From Candidatus Kaiserbacteria bacterium (GTDB lineage: Bacteria > Patescibacteriota > Minisyncoccia > Phycocordibacterales > UBA2100): a stretch of DNA of 64,000 nucleotides. The translations under genes were made by a program, and so were the position numbers. The stretch lies in assembly GCA_016214605.1 (NCBI GenBank), contig JACROD010000012.1, positions 57 to 64,056 on the forward strand. Reading direction: 5' to 3'. Position 1 is the first letter of the stretch. The number at the start of each line of letters is the position of its first letter. This document shows, piece by piece, positions 10,801 through 19,490 of the stretch. The notes beneath the pieces were generated by a model, which was not told where the DNA came from, made no database searches, and saw nothing but the letters and a program-made list of their open reading frames with translations.

Positions 10801-11459
10801 TTGCGTCCAAGTACTGGGAATCCATTTTTACCAAATATATGAGAGGGAATGATTACCGATACCTCATCGCACGCTCGAAATACTGCTCGCAAGACATGGA
10901 GGTTGATACATGGTCGCGCAACGGCATCGTGTACCTGCGCCTGACCGACACGGGTGATGCGCTGTATTTCTATCACAACGGCGAGGTCGGCAGTGGCGGC
11001 TCCCTTGAAGTCGGCGTCGTTAAGGGTTACATCGACGGCATCGGGTTCCGATGGGCGCAGAATGGAACGTACACGGTACTCTACCGAAATTCAAACCTGG
11101 CAAGCACGACCCCGACAGGGTATGTCAAAAAGCTCACCGATGGACACCACTTCACCTTTGGCGTTCAAGGATCCGATGTATATGTGCGATTCAACGGTAT
11201 CGAATTTGCACGATTCAAGACAACGCACGTGGCGGCCGGTCGCGCCGCTATCCAAGCAAACAGTGGCTATGGTTTTCGTGATCTGACCATTCGCCACACG
11301 GGATCGGCACCTATTGCCTCGGCGATGCCTTCCGGCGGCGTGTCCGCGAGCCTCATTGCAAGCTCGGCTCCTGCATGGAACGCTCTTCAGGAGATTCAAA
11401 AAATAGAGGACATGCTTCGCATGATGTTGGACCTGGTCGATACTATCGGCAAAAGATAA
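7890..11459 (+). CDS. Large secreted protein with an internally duplicated lectin/beta-sandwich-like module flanking a probable right-handed beta-helix region and an Ig-like domain
   Basis: The signal peptide MPMPRLRYPAALLFGVAFVYLPQLALA begins at the ATG at 7890. The N-terminal block (SEYSINVPSLPLGGYAANSLSTDF...SKYCSRDEEVETWIRAGRVYLRLT...FIFGVEGFDMYAKFNGVEFMRIK) is repeated near the C-terminus (VAEYGVPVSLLPLGSYATSSLSAYF...SKYCSQDMEVDTWSRNGIVYLRLT...FTFGVQGSDVYVRFNGIEFARFK). The shared Ig-like module (VQFWLDGANLGSEDTMAPY...ARNALGQ) is also present. Confidence 0.6.
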   Translation: MPMPRLRYPAALLFGVAFVYLPQLALAATLSPGADCVTGQTAPKSEYSINVPSLPLGGYAANSLSTDFTNAAGSVGANTYWTASSTKYLVPTNQAQFVLASKYCSRDEEVETWIRAGRVYLRLTPDGRGVFFDINPNTTNGTLIVGIATSTTETQYYPGYSRYLYSNDNMVGTIPGYSKTATDAQRFIFGVEGFDMYAKFNGVEFMRIKDFHHMAPGRMAIKTPAGYGVRSTTVRNFSNKTFLSDLVAGIYDPRDFGFRSIQTTGSISAGSNTLTLAGPTSFTVGDFVIVEIGKEPGAGMRGTKGVGGTWPAKSYPDLTTMQADTSQIDGLYAWREDTGDVYKFATATSSWGSAYSWYTAGTPAWGLDRAAKNYYSAKAIPRALQARVTAVANNGATLTLDKSATVSVSGANVYLDVAPILNFLVGTDNWYKFGGVPGDLTALVPLNMRTVLPAGSYAVGGAIITGGQRSNNVLYGQGSSTTMLFSPKGVPSASIWLNGSNNMVRDLRLVGNTGLNGFGIAWPTTIIPWGYGPSGLEVSYTSPGVVTETVIPQGMGWPFGILMYGSNLIVQDVKVDNVWQDAVGASYCYGCWAHRVENTQTDPLQNYIQWQFLWSDAVGGGCVDCIVKSDWLIAGFSIVKGNGVQFIRPKGINATFEVNSSGNFLYQDPETVIQPMRQSPSFSSNGYIMNINTNMDNALPVEQRDKRNAAGGKIINPHFIVEGPINTNNNGLNAIAIGNWAPNVTVQGGYIEGPNWKSPSTINTPVGVISQGTSTIVDGLRVVGTVNPALFPKGNIMLFKDGVARNCIADLIILFDKTTKKENCMTNAEYLASKAPKITITIPSNSNVSGAITVAASTTGANLQGVQFWLDGANLGSEDTMAPYSAGWNTASSTNGIHTLTAIARNALGQQASSTVSVHVANASPVAGVVCGSTTIAPVAEYGVPVSLLPLGSYATSSLSAYFENPAGIIFASKYWESIFTKYMRGNDYRYLIARSKYCSQDMEVDTWSRNGIVYLRLTDTGDALYFYHNGEVGSGGSLEVGVVKGYIDGIGFRWAQNGTYTVLYRNSNLASTTPTGYVKKLTDGHHFTFGVQGSDVYVRFNGIEFARFKTTHVAAGRAAIQANSGYGFRDLTIRHTGSAPIASAMPSGGVSASLIASSAPAWNALQEIQKIEDMLRMMLDLVDTIGKR

Positions 11460-11659
11460 CACGTCATCCTAGAGGAGGGAACAGGGACTGCGCGTGCCGG
11501 GCCGCACGGAGCGTGGTGAAAAATCATCGCGATCTTTTTATCCCGGATCCGATACGAAAGTTCGTATAGCGTCGGTATTCATGCGCTGTAGTTTTTTGAA
11601 ATAGGGAGGCTTGAATTTTTGTGCAAAATGGGTGATAGTAGGGGACACTTACATATTGT

Positions 11660-12760
11660 ATGGGACTTTCTATCGGTATCGTCGGTCTGCCAAACGTGGG
11701 GAAATCCACGCTTTTTAATGCACTCACCAAAAAAGGGGTTCCTGCAGAGAATTACCCCTTTTGCACCATCGACCCGTCGGTCGGCGTGGTCGCCGTGCCC
11801 GATGTCCGCCTTGATCGTCTCTCAGAGTTTAGTCATACCCAAAAGATCGTCCCGGCGATCGTCGAATTCGTCGATATTGCCGGTCTGGTCAAAGGCGCTT
11901 CGCAAGGCGAGGGTCTGGGTAATCAATTCCTCACGCACATCCGCGAAGTGGATGCGATCGCGCAGGTCGTGCGCATGTTTGACGACGAAGACGTGCATCA
12001 CGTCGCGGGCGAGGTAGATCCTGCGCGCGATATCGAGGTGATCAATCTCGAACTCGTGCTCGCCGACCTCGACACGGTCGAGAAGCGTATCGCGCGACTG
12101 GAGCGCGATGTGAAAGGGGGAGACAAAGACCTCGCGATCGAGCTCGAAGCGCTCAAGAAGGTCCTCCCGACACTTCACGCAGGCAAGGCCGCACGCACCG
12201 TATCGCTCGGAGAAAAAGAATCGCTCGCGATCCGCTCCATGCATCTGCTCACCATGAAGCCGCTTCTTTATATACTCAATCGCAAAAGCGGCGCGGTAAA
12301 TGTCGATGCCGAAAAAGGCGATCGCTGGCACGCCCTGCAGGATTTCCTCGCGTCATCGGGTGCACAGTGGGTCACGGTGGATGCGGGCGTCGAGCAAGAA
12401 CTCTCCGATGTGCACGATGACGAGCGCGCCGAATTCCGCCGCGAGCTCGGCGTGCAGGACAATGGTATCGATGCGCTCATCCGCGCCGGCTACGAGCTGC
12501 TCAATCTGATCTCGTTCTTTACGACCGGGGAGGTGGAGACGCGTGCATGGACGATTCATCGCGGTGACACCGCTCCCATCGCCGGCGCCGCCATCCACAC
12601 AGATTTTCGCGACAAGTTTATCCGCGCCAACGTCATTCAGTGGGACAAGCTTCTTGAAGCAGGTTCATTTGCGAAGGCACGTGAGCAAGGGCAACTGCGA
12701 TCTGAAGGAAAGGAATATGTTGTAGAGGACGGGGACGTAATGGAATTCTTCCATAGTTAA
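11660..12760 (+). CDS. ychF: Ribosome-binding ATPase YchF (Obg-family GTPase)
   Basis: IGIVGLPNVGKSTLFNALT (G1), DIAGLVKGAS and the C-terminal TGS-like domain are present. Confidence 0.9.
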   Translation: MGLSIGIVGLPNVGKSTLFNALTKKGVPAENYPFCTIDPSVGVVAVPDVRLDRLSEFSHTQKIVPAIVEFVDIAGLVKGASQGEGLGNQFLTHIREVDAIAQVVRMFDDEDVHHVAGEVDPARDIEVINLELVLADLDTVEKRIARLERDVKGGDKDLAIELEALKKVLPTLHAGKAARTVSLGEKESLAIRSMHLLTMKPLLYILNRKSGAVNVDAEKGDRWHALQDFLASSGAQWVTVDAGVEQELSDVHDDERAEFRRELGVQDNGIDALIRAGYELLNLISFFTTGEVETRAWTIHRGDTAPIAGAAIHTDFRDKFIRANVIQWDKLLEAGSFAKAREQGQLRSEGKEYVVEDGDVMEFFHS

Positions 12761-12792
12761 TGCAACTGGAATTTCAAAATTATTGACTCTTT

Positions 12793-12822
12793 AAAAAAAC
12801 CGCCCTATCCGGGCGGTTGATT
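12793..12822. terminator. Bidirectional terminator hairpin between the convergent genes ychF and the HEAT-repeat gene
   Basis: The sequence AAAAAAACCGCCC TATCC GGGCGGTTGATTTG has an A-run before and a T-rich tract after the 7 bp stem. Confidence 0.55.
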
Positions 12823-13317
12823 TGTAGGCCACTTTTTCATGGCCATTTCCTTTACTTCTTTTGCTTCGTCGGACCTTCTCCTTTTTTGGCTCTGTGCAAG
12901 CGCTTCACCCAGTGATTGAGGAGTGTTTGGATTGTGGACCAATGCTATGAGCACGGCGAAGCGTTGAGTCGCAAAGACGCGCCAAAGATGCGCTTCAGGA
13001 CAGTCGCTTCGAGAGGCGAGGGAAGCCTGTATTGTGTCTATCAATCCTGCATCTCCGAGCGGCTGCGCGCGTGCTTCGATCGCAAGGATCACGTCCAACG
13101 GCAAATCTTTTCTGCAGGCAGTATTTGCACGCACCGTTGGATGGAGGTCGTCCGCCAGTTTTTGTAGGATTGCCGGCGGAGTGTGTCGATTATTGGCGAC
13201 CCGCACGCGCACCCAATGTTCATCGTGGTTCGCCAGCTTTGCCAAGACATCAGGCTCGGTCGCAGTGGTGGCATTTTTATAAGCCACGGTATCGATCAGG
13301 TCATTTGTTAAACTCAT
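12805..13317 (-). CDS. Hypothetical protein with HEAT/PBS-lyase-like repeats
   Basis: A repeated L..D....VR..A pattern (LAKLANHDEHWVRVRVANN; LADDLHPTVRANTA; LAIEARAQPLGDAGLIDT) is present. Confidence 0.45.
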   Translation of the reverse strand: MSLTNDLIDTVAYKNATTATEPDVLAKLANHDEHWVRVRVANNRHTPPAILQKLADDLHPTVRANTACRKDLPLDVILAIEARAQPLGDAGLIDTIQASLASRSDCPEAHLWRVFATQRFAVLIALVHNPNTPQSLGEALAQSQKRRRSDEAKEVKEMAMKKWPTNQPPG

Positions 13318-13393
13318 GATTTCCTCCGCGCGATTTCTCCGTGAAATATGACATTTTATATGCAGGAAGTCAAACCGTCTTTTTGAGGTCTAC

Positions 13394-13618
13394 TTAAAGT
13401 TGCTCGATCTCTTTGAGGTCGTGATCGGGGATATAGAGGAGTGCGAAGCCGACGAAGATTCCGAGTACGGTCGTGATGAATGGGTTGCCGCCGAGGAGGT
13501 AGATATCTACCGCATCGAGCAGGTGCCAGATGCCGCGCCAGATGAGGACGAGCCCCAAGACGATCATAAAGTTTTGCTTGATATAACGAAACATTTCCGG
13601 ACGGTCTTTTTTGGTCAT
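13394..13618 (-). CDS. Small membrane protein (two predicted transmembrane helices)
   Basis: The 74 aa hydrophobic ORF has an ATG start. Its function is unknown. Confidence 0.35.
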   Translation of the reverse strand: MTKKDRPEMFRYIKQNFMIVLGLVLIWRGIWHLLDAVDIYLLGGNPFITTVLGIFVGFALLYIPDHDLKEIEQL

Positions 13619-13731
13619 ATATCGGTATTATAATCCACTCCCTAGCATACCGCGCTTCATAGCGTCTTTTTTGGTCCGATGATATATAATAATGGTGTTG
13701 GAGTAGAAATTTTAATATAAACATATTTTAT

Positions 13732-16700
13732 ATGAAGAGGCATAATTTTTCGACTTTCCTTGTTATCGCAATGGTCTTTTTTGTAAGTCTGTCCTCTGTT
13801 CGCGTAGCCAACGCAGCAATCGGAGATATTGAGCTTGTATCTCCGCCAGCCGGTAATATCTACACATCTACTGATGGCCCAATCTATATGCGGAATTCAG
13901 CGCAAGCTGTCAGTAACGGGTGTTCCAATTCTCAAGTAGCCACTATTTATCGGACAGACACTGGAGATAATACACCCATTGAAGCAGTTAATCTCGTACC
14001 CGGTGGATGCACGGGTGACACTTTCAGTACAGCGAATGTCTATTCAGGCACTGACGTGCGATCAATACCGGGAACATACGATGTGCTGGATATGCAATGC
14101 CCAGAATCATTCACAGAAAGTATGTGTCTTGCAGCACAGGGAGCCACCGTCCAATTCTCGTTCACTGTTGCTACAGCAGCTCCGGTAATTTCTCCAAATC
14201 TTGTGAATGCAACGATTGACACTACTTATTCAAGGGCTATCGGAGTGACCGGAGGCCTTGCGCCATTCACCTGGAGTATTGCTTCCGGATCATTACCTGA
14301 CGGACTGTCTTTAAATACTTCAACGGGGGTCATTTCAGGTACTCCGACAGTGACAGGGACTTCCGATTTTACGGTTCAGGTGATAGACAGCAATGCGGCG
14401 GTTGACACGCATTCGTTCTCTCTTTTGGTTAATTCCACGCCAGTTATTACTAGCACCAGTCTTGTCGGAGGGCACGTTAATACGTTGTATTACCAGACTC
14501 TGCAGAAATCTGGCGGCACACTACCTGTTACATGGAGTGTTATTTCCGGGTCACTGCCACCTGGAATGCAGCTTACTGGGGGTGTAGTGGCGGGAATTCC
14601 AACTCAGGTTGGGACCTCAACCTTTACGGTCCAACTCACTGACGCCAATGGAGCTACAGCTACACAAGCACTCGTTCTGGTTATTGACTACGTACCCCCT
14701 GTCATCATCACCCCCACACTTCATCCTGGTCAAGTTGATATTGCTTACCATTCTATTTATGGCTCTGTTTACGACACGGTCCGTGTCTCGGGTGGTAGTT
14801 TGCCATTAATATGGAGTATTATCTCCGGTAGTTTTCCCGATGGACTATCACTCGACCCTTCTAATGGTTTGGTGTCAGGAACCCCGACTACCGCAGGAAC
14901 ATACCACTTTACTGTGCAAGTCACCGACAACGACGTGGCGTCAGATACCCAAGAAGTCACATTGGATATTGATCCGTCCACAAGTGGAGAAGTGGTTCTT
15001 GTCTCGCCGCCTACGGGTAACCTTTATACAAGCACTAACGGTCCGATCTATATGCGAAACTCGGGAAGGGCCGTTAATAGTGACTGTGCGACCTACGGAA
15101 GTCCCATTGCACTAGCAACCATCTATCGAACAGATACCGGAGACAACACTCCTTCTGAGGAGGTTAATCTTGGGTGTACTGGAGAAGTTTTCAGTACGGC
15201 TAATGTATATTGGGGTTCCGATGTGCGTTTAACACCTGGAGCATACGATGTATTGGATAGGCAATGTCCGGAGTTTGTCACAGAACAGGATTGTCTTTTT
15301 GGTTCTTATGCAGCCTTGGGAGCCACAGTCCAATTCTCATTCACGGTAACATCAACGGTCGTTTCGCCGCCGGCCATTACCACCACTTCGCTGAGTGAGG
15401 CCACGATAGGAGTTGGGTACAATCACTCGCTCCATGTTACAGACGGATCTGCTCCGTATGTTTGGACAATCGCCTCAGGAAGTCTGCCCGCAGGCCTCAG
15501 CCTCAATGGATCAAATGGTGAAATATCCGGAGTACCAAGCATTGCTGGAAATTATGATTTTACTGTTCAAGTTACCGATACAAATTCACAAACAGCAATC
15601 CAGGATTTAACTCTTGTCGTAAATCCGGCGCCAGAAATTATTACTGCTTCAATTCCTGACGCCACTATAACAGGCAATTACTCACAGACCCTAGAGGTTG
15701 CCGGTGGCACCACTCCTCTTACTTGGAGCTTACCTGCAGGCAGTCTACCTTCAGGGCTAACCTTGAGTAGCTCTGGCATCCTATCGGGTGTGCCAGGCGA
15801 GACTGGTTCTTTTAATTTTACCGTACAAGCTACTGACGCAAACTCGGCTTTTGCCACCCAGACATTATCCTTGATGGTAAACCAAGCCCCGGCTGTCACG
15901 ACTACGAGTCTAGCAGTAGGCACCATAAATGCGGCCTATTCCCAGGCACTTGAAGTGTCAGACGGCTCTTTTCCGTTTATTTGGTCCGTCACATCCGGCA
16001 TCCTACCTGACGGATTAAGTCTCAATAGTTATACTGGTGAAATATTCGGTACGCCGACGACTGGAGGGAATCAGCTACTTACAGTGCAAGTGGTTGATAA
16101 CAACGGCGTTTCTGATTCAAAGTCATTATCCATAGCGGTTAATCCATCCGTTACCATTACCACAATCTCCAATCCTACCGACGCGACGATAAATGCCGCT
16201 TATTCGCAAATACTCACAGCCACTGGCGGTACCGTACCGCTCACATGGGGTCTCCTGAGTGGTAGTCTGCCACCTGGTCTCACTTTGAGTGAGACTGGTG
16301 TCTTGTCTGGCATTCCAACGGCCACAGGAGTTTTTAACTTTACCGCCCATGTTACGGATGCCAACAACTCTTCAGCGAATCAGGTGTTGTCTATTGTAGT
16401 GAATTCTGCACCGATCATCACTACCAGCTTCGTACCAGACGCGACGGCTAATGCCGTATATTCGCAGTCTCTGCAGGCAACAGGAGGCACTGCGCCCCTT
16501 ACATGGAGCTTACTGAGCGGATCCTTGCCCGCAGGTCTGGCACTTAATTCTGAGGGCACTATCGTGGGTGTCCCAACGACTACGGGTACCTATACCTTCA
16601 CTGTTCAGGTAACTGATATTTATAACATATCAGCCAACCAATCACTCACGATCCAAGTCCATCCGGCTCTCCATATCACCACAACGAACCTCCCCAATGG

Positions 16701-16926
16701 AAAAGTAGATAAAAAGTACTCTCGCTCTGTCCATGCCGCCGGCGGTACTGCACCGTTTGTGTGGAGCATTATTTCAGGTACTTTGCCCACAGGATTATCG
16801 TTTGATTCTGGGACTGGTGTAATCTCCGGTATCCCCACTATTGCCGGAACCGTAAACTTCACCGTTAAGGTTCTCGACTCTAATAATGCCAGCTCGACAC
16901 AGTCATTGAGTATTCAGGTGAATTGA
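13732..16926 (+). CDS. Secreted giant surface protein composed of about ten tandem putative-Ig / cadherin-like (dystroglycan-type) domains
   Basis: The signal peptide is MKRHNFSTFLVIAMVFFVSLSSVRVANA. An approximately 85 aa unit '...T.SL..A.....Y...L....G..P..W....GSLP.GLSL....G.ISG.P...G...FTVQVTD.N' is repeated about 10 times. Two N-terminal paralogous approximately 130 aa modules are also repeated (ELVSPPAGNIYTSTDGPIYMRNS... / VVLVSPPTGNLYTSTNGPIYMRNS...). GC is lower than in the housekeeping genes. Confidence 0.75.
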   Translation: MKRHNFSTFLVIAMVFFVSLSSVRVANAAIGDIELVSPPAGNIYTSTDGPIYMRNSAQAVSNGCSNSQVATIYRTDTGDNTPIEAVNLVPGGCTGDTFSTANVYSGTDVRSIPGTYDVLDMQCPESFTESMCLAAQGATVQFSFTVATAAPVISPNLVNATIDTTYSRAIGVTGGLAPFTWSIASGSLPDGLSLNTSTGVISGTPTVTGTSDFTVQVIDSNAAVDTHSFSLLVNSTPVITSTSLVGGHVNTLYYQTLQKSGGTLPVTWSVISGSLPPGMQLTGGVVAGIPTQVGTSTFTVQLTDANGATATQALVLVIDYVPPVIITPTLHPGQVDIAYHSIYGSVYDTVRVSGGSLPLIWSIISGSFPDGLSLDPSNGLVSGTPTTAGTYHFTVQVTDNDVASDTQEVTLDIDPSTSGEVVLVSPPTGNLYTSTNGPIYMRNSGRAVNSDCATYGSPIALATIYRTDTGDNTPSEEVNLGCTGEVFSTANVYWGSDVRLTPGAYDVLDRQCPEFVTEQDCLFGSYAALGATVQFSFTVTSTVVSPPAITTTSLSEATIGVGYNHSLHVTDGSAPYVWTIASGSLPAGLSLNGSNGEISGVPSIAGNYDFTVQVTDTNSQTAIQDLTLVVNPAPEIITASIPDATITGNYSQTLEVAGGTTPLTWSLPAGSLPSGLTLSSSGILSGVPGETGSFNFTVQATDANSAFATQTLSLMVNQAPAVTTTSLAVGTINAAYSQALEVSDGSFPFIWSVTSGILPDGLSLNSYTGEIFGTPTTGGNQLLTVQVVDNNGVSDSKSLSIAVNPSVTITTISNPTDATINAAYSQILTATGGTVPLTWGLLSGSLPPGLTLSETGVLSGIPTATGVFNFTAHVTDANNSSANQVLSIVVNSAPIITTSFVPDATANAVYSQSLQATGGTAPLTWSLLSGSLPAGLALNSEGTIVGVPTTTGTYTFTVQVTDIYNISANQSLTIQVHPALHITTTNLPNGKVDKKYSRSVHAAGGTAPFVWSIISGTLPTGLSFDSGTGVISGIPTIAGTVNFTVKVLDSNNASSTQSLSIQVN

Positions 16927-16939
16927 TAACGACCGATAT

Positions 16940-18772
16940 ATGAATCCTGCAGGTTTTTTGGTTGATACTCTCAAGGTTGCCAATGTCAGATTCTTCAATA
17001 GAAAATATCTAATCGCTCTTGCGCTGTTTATACTATTCATATCCTTATATATTTACACCGCGCCTCGCGGGGTGTTTGATGGAGATAGTGGGGAAATGAC
17101 AACCGCGGTCCATACACTCGGTCTGGCTCACAGTACCGGTTTTCCTCTCTATGTACTCTCGGCAAAACTGTTCACATTTGTATTTCCGTTTGGTGAATTT
17201 GCCTTTCGTCTCAATATCTATTCTGCACTGCTCACTGCTCTTTCGGTCGCCCTGCTCTATGTACTGATTCTTGAGATGGAGTTGTCCACTGTGGCGGCTT
17301 TTTTGGCGTCATCAACTTTTGGTCTGGGATTTTCGATTTGGCGCAATGCCGGTCAGGCAAGAATATATCCGCTTGCGCTGCTGTTCGTGATCCTTCTCGC
17401 TTTTATCTTCGTTCGATGGCAGAAGGACAAACATATCCGCTATTTGTATTGGTATGTACTTGTGTGGGGTATTTCTTTTGGTACGCATCTTCTCGTGTTG
17501 ACCATGATCTGGCCCTTGCTCATCATGCTTTGGCAAAAGAGAGACTATCTAAGGACGCATGTAACGGTGCTCGGCAAAGCGGCATTGCTATTTTTCTTAC
17601 CTTTTGTGCAGTACATCTATATACCGATTGCGAATGCGAGGCACATGACCACCTCATGGGGAGATACTGGTGGGTTGATGGGATTCCTGTATTACATTAC
17701 CCAGAGACAGTACGTATATAAAATGATTGCACGAGATTGGACCGGCATAGCTCTTTTTTTCAAGCAGATGGGAGGTGTGATTTTCTCGGAGCTTGGGGCG
17801 ATTCTCTTTATGATTGGTATAGGGGGACTCATATATTTCTACAAGGAAAATAAACCGCTATGCTCTGCGCTAGTATTGGCAAGTCTCTCCAATATTGTCA
17901 TCATGTTCTCCTATGGCAATGAGGGGGATATCGGTTTCCTGTATCGCTATCTCTTTATCGTGCACCTGACAGTAGCAATCGGCATTGCCTATAGTGTCAC
18001 TGCCTTAGGGCGCGTTCGTAATGCCAAATGGTTTCTCGTGGCGTTTTTGATACTCCTTATATTTATTGAGCTTCGGACAAACTACGCTCGAAATAATCTG
18101 CGCGCAAACTTCATCGTATCCGATATTGCCCAGAACATTTTGGAGACGGTCGGACCAAACTCGATCCTTTTTACTACACTCGATGCGCCCCACGGGGCTA
18201 TCACGTATCTACAGAGCGAACGTTATCGGACCGATGTGATCGCCGTGATATCAGATCAGTTGGGATTTGATTGGTATGTGAAGGATCTCATATGGAAATA
18301 TCCCGATACATTCAGTACCGGATTGCTTACAATACAAGGAGACTATCTAAGAAAAAATAGTTTAAGAATAGAGGAAATAGTGCAGAATAATCTCGACAAG
18401 CGAGATATGTATGCAATGTTTGCCAACAACAAATTGCCCGACAACAGGACTCTTGCAGATGACTTTACTATCACCCCGATCGGTGTCGTGAATAAAATTA
18501 CAGCTAAAGGTGACGATAGTAAGATGATTTTGGCAAAAAATATCGATATCTGGAACAATTATCAACTGAGAGGTGTTTTCTCGGACACTTATGACAAAAC
18601 GATGGAATATCCTTTGAGGATCCTATACAGGGATGCACTCTATAATCTCGGGGTTTCTTACTTCAAGAATGGTTTTACGTCTCAAGCTGTAGACGCTTTG
18701 CAATACTCGCTCAAGATCAACTACACTCCCTATGCACAGAACGAGTTGGATTTTATAGAAAAACAGCGCTAA
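16940..18772 (+). CDS. GT-C fold glycosyltransferase of the DUF2723/TMEM260 (protein O-mannosyltransferase-like) family with C-terminal TPR-like repeats
   Basis: The N-terminal half is polytopic membrane (about 10 TM helices) and begins ...TAPRGVFDGDSGEMTTAVHTLGLAHSTGFPLY, an Asp-containing first-loop motif typical of GT-C enzymes. The C-terminal half is soluble with TPR-like sequence YNLGVSYFKNG...ALQYSLKINY. The gene is AT-rich. Confidence 0.65.
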   Translation: MNPAGFLVDTLKVANVRFFNRKYLIALALFILFISLYIYTAPRGVFDGDSGEMTTAVHTLGLAHSTGFPLYVLSAKLFTFVFPFGEFAFRLNIYSALLTALSVALLYVLILEMELSTVAAFLASSTFGLGFSIWRNAGQARIYPLALLFVILLAFIFVRWQKDKHIRYLYWYVLVWGISFGTHLLVLTMIWPLLIMLWQKRDYLRTHVTVLGKAALLFFLPFVQYIYIPIANARHMTTSWGDTGGLMGFLYYITQRQYVYKMIARDWTGIALFFKQMGGVIFSELGAILFMIGIGGLIYFYKENKPLCSALVLASLSNIVIMFSYGNEGDIGFLYRYLFIVHLTVAIGIAYSVTALGRVRNAKWFLVAFLILLIFIELRTNYARNNLRANFIVSDIAQNILETVGPNSILFTTLDAPHGAITYLQSERYRTDVIAVISDQLGFDWYVKDLIWKYPDTFSTGLLTIQGDYLRKNSLRIEEIVQNNLDKRDMYAMFANNKLPDNRTLADDFTITPIGVVNKITAKGDDSKMILAKNIDIWNNYQLRGVFSDTYDKTMEYPLRILYRDALYNLGVSYFKNGFTSQAVDALQYSLKINYTPYAQNELDFIEKQR

Positions 18773-18778
18773 TCGATT

Positions 18779-19489
18779 ATGCTCGACCTCTGTATACCGA
18801 CCTACAACGAAGCAGATATCATCGCAGAATCGATATGCACGATAGAGAAAACACTACAGAGTACATCTCTTGAATGGCGGATTATCCTTGCGGACAATGG
18901 TTCCACAGACGGTACGATCGACATTGTGGAAGCACTCCTGTTACCGCAAACGCATATCCTCGCTGTTCCTCAGCGGGGTAAGGGAGCGGCGATTGTCGCA
19001 GTGACTCAGATGTCAAACGCGGAAATATTCGGTTTTATCGACGCGGATCTCTCCGTCGATCCGCAAGAGATTGAGGTATTTGTCCGTCATATCGAACATG
19101 GTGATGCCGACATTGTTGTCGGTTCGCGACTGATCAATACGAGGCTTGTGCAAAGGAATTTTCTACGTACGTTCTCGTCGCGATTATTCAATATTCTGCG
19201 CCGTGTGATACTCGGTATTCGAGTCGCAGACAGTCAATGCGGATTTAAGATGATGAATGCGCGAGGTCGAAAGATACTTACGCAATGCACAGAAACGGGA
19301 TGGTTCATGGACATAGAATTTTTATATCGCGCCGAACTTACAGGTCTTGTTATACAAGAAATACCTGTGCACTGGGAAGAGCATCGCTTTGCAGGACACA
19401 AGAGTAAGCTCCGTATAGTATCTGATGGGTGGGAAGCGGTGCTTGCCATGACAAGAATACGTCGTTCAGCTAGAAAGTTCACGGTTTGA
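18779..19489 (+). CDS. GT2-family glycosyltransferase (polyprenyl-phosphate mannose/glucose synthase-like)
   Basis: LCIPTYNEADII...ILADNGSTDGT...FIDADLSVDP...VVGSR are GT-A DXD/Rossmann motifs. The start is 7 nt after the GT-C gene stop. Confidence 0.8.
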   Translation: MLDLCIPTYNEADIIAESICTIEKTLQSTSLEWRIILADNGSTDGTIDIVEALLLPQTHILAVPQRGKGAAIVAVTQMSNAEIFGFIDADLSVDPQEIEVFVRHIEHGDADIVVGSRLINTRLVQRNFLRTFSSRLFNILRRVILGIRVADSQCGFKMMNARGRKILTQCTETGWFMDIEFLYRAELTGLVIQEIPVHWEEHRFAGHKSKLRIVSDGWEAVLAMTRIRRSARKFTV

Positions 19490-19490
19490 T

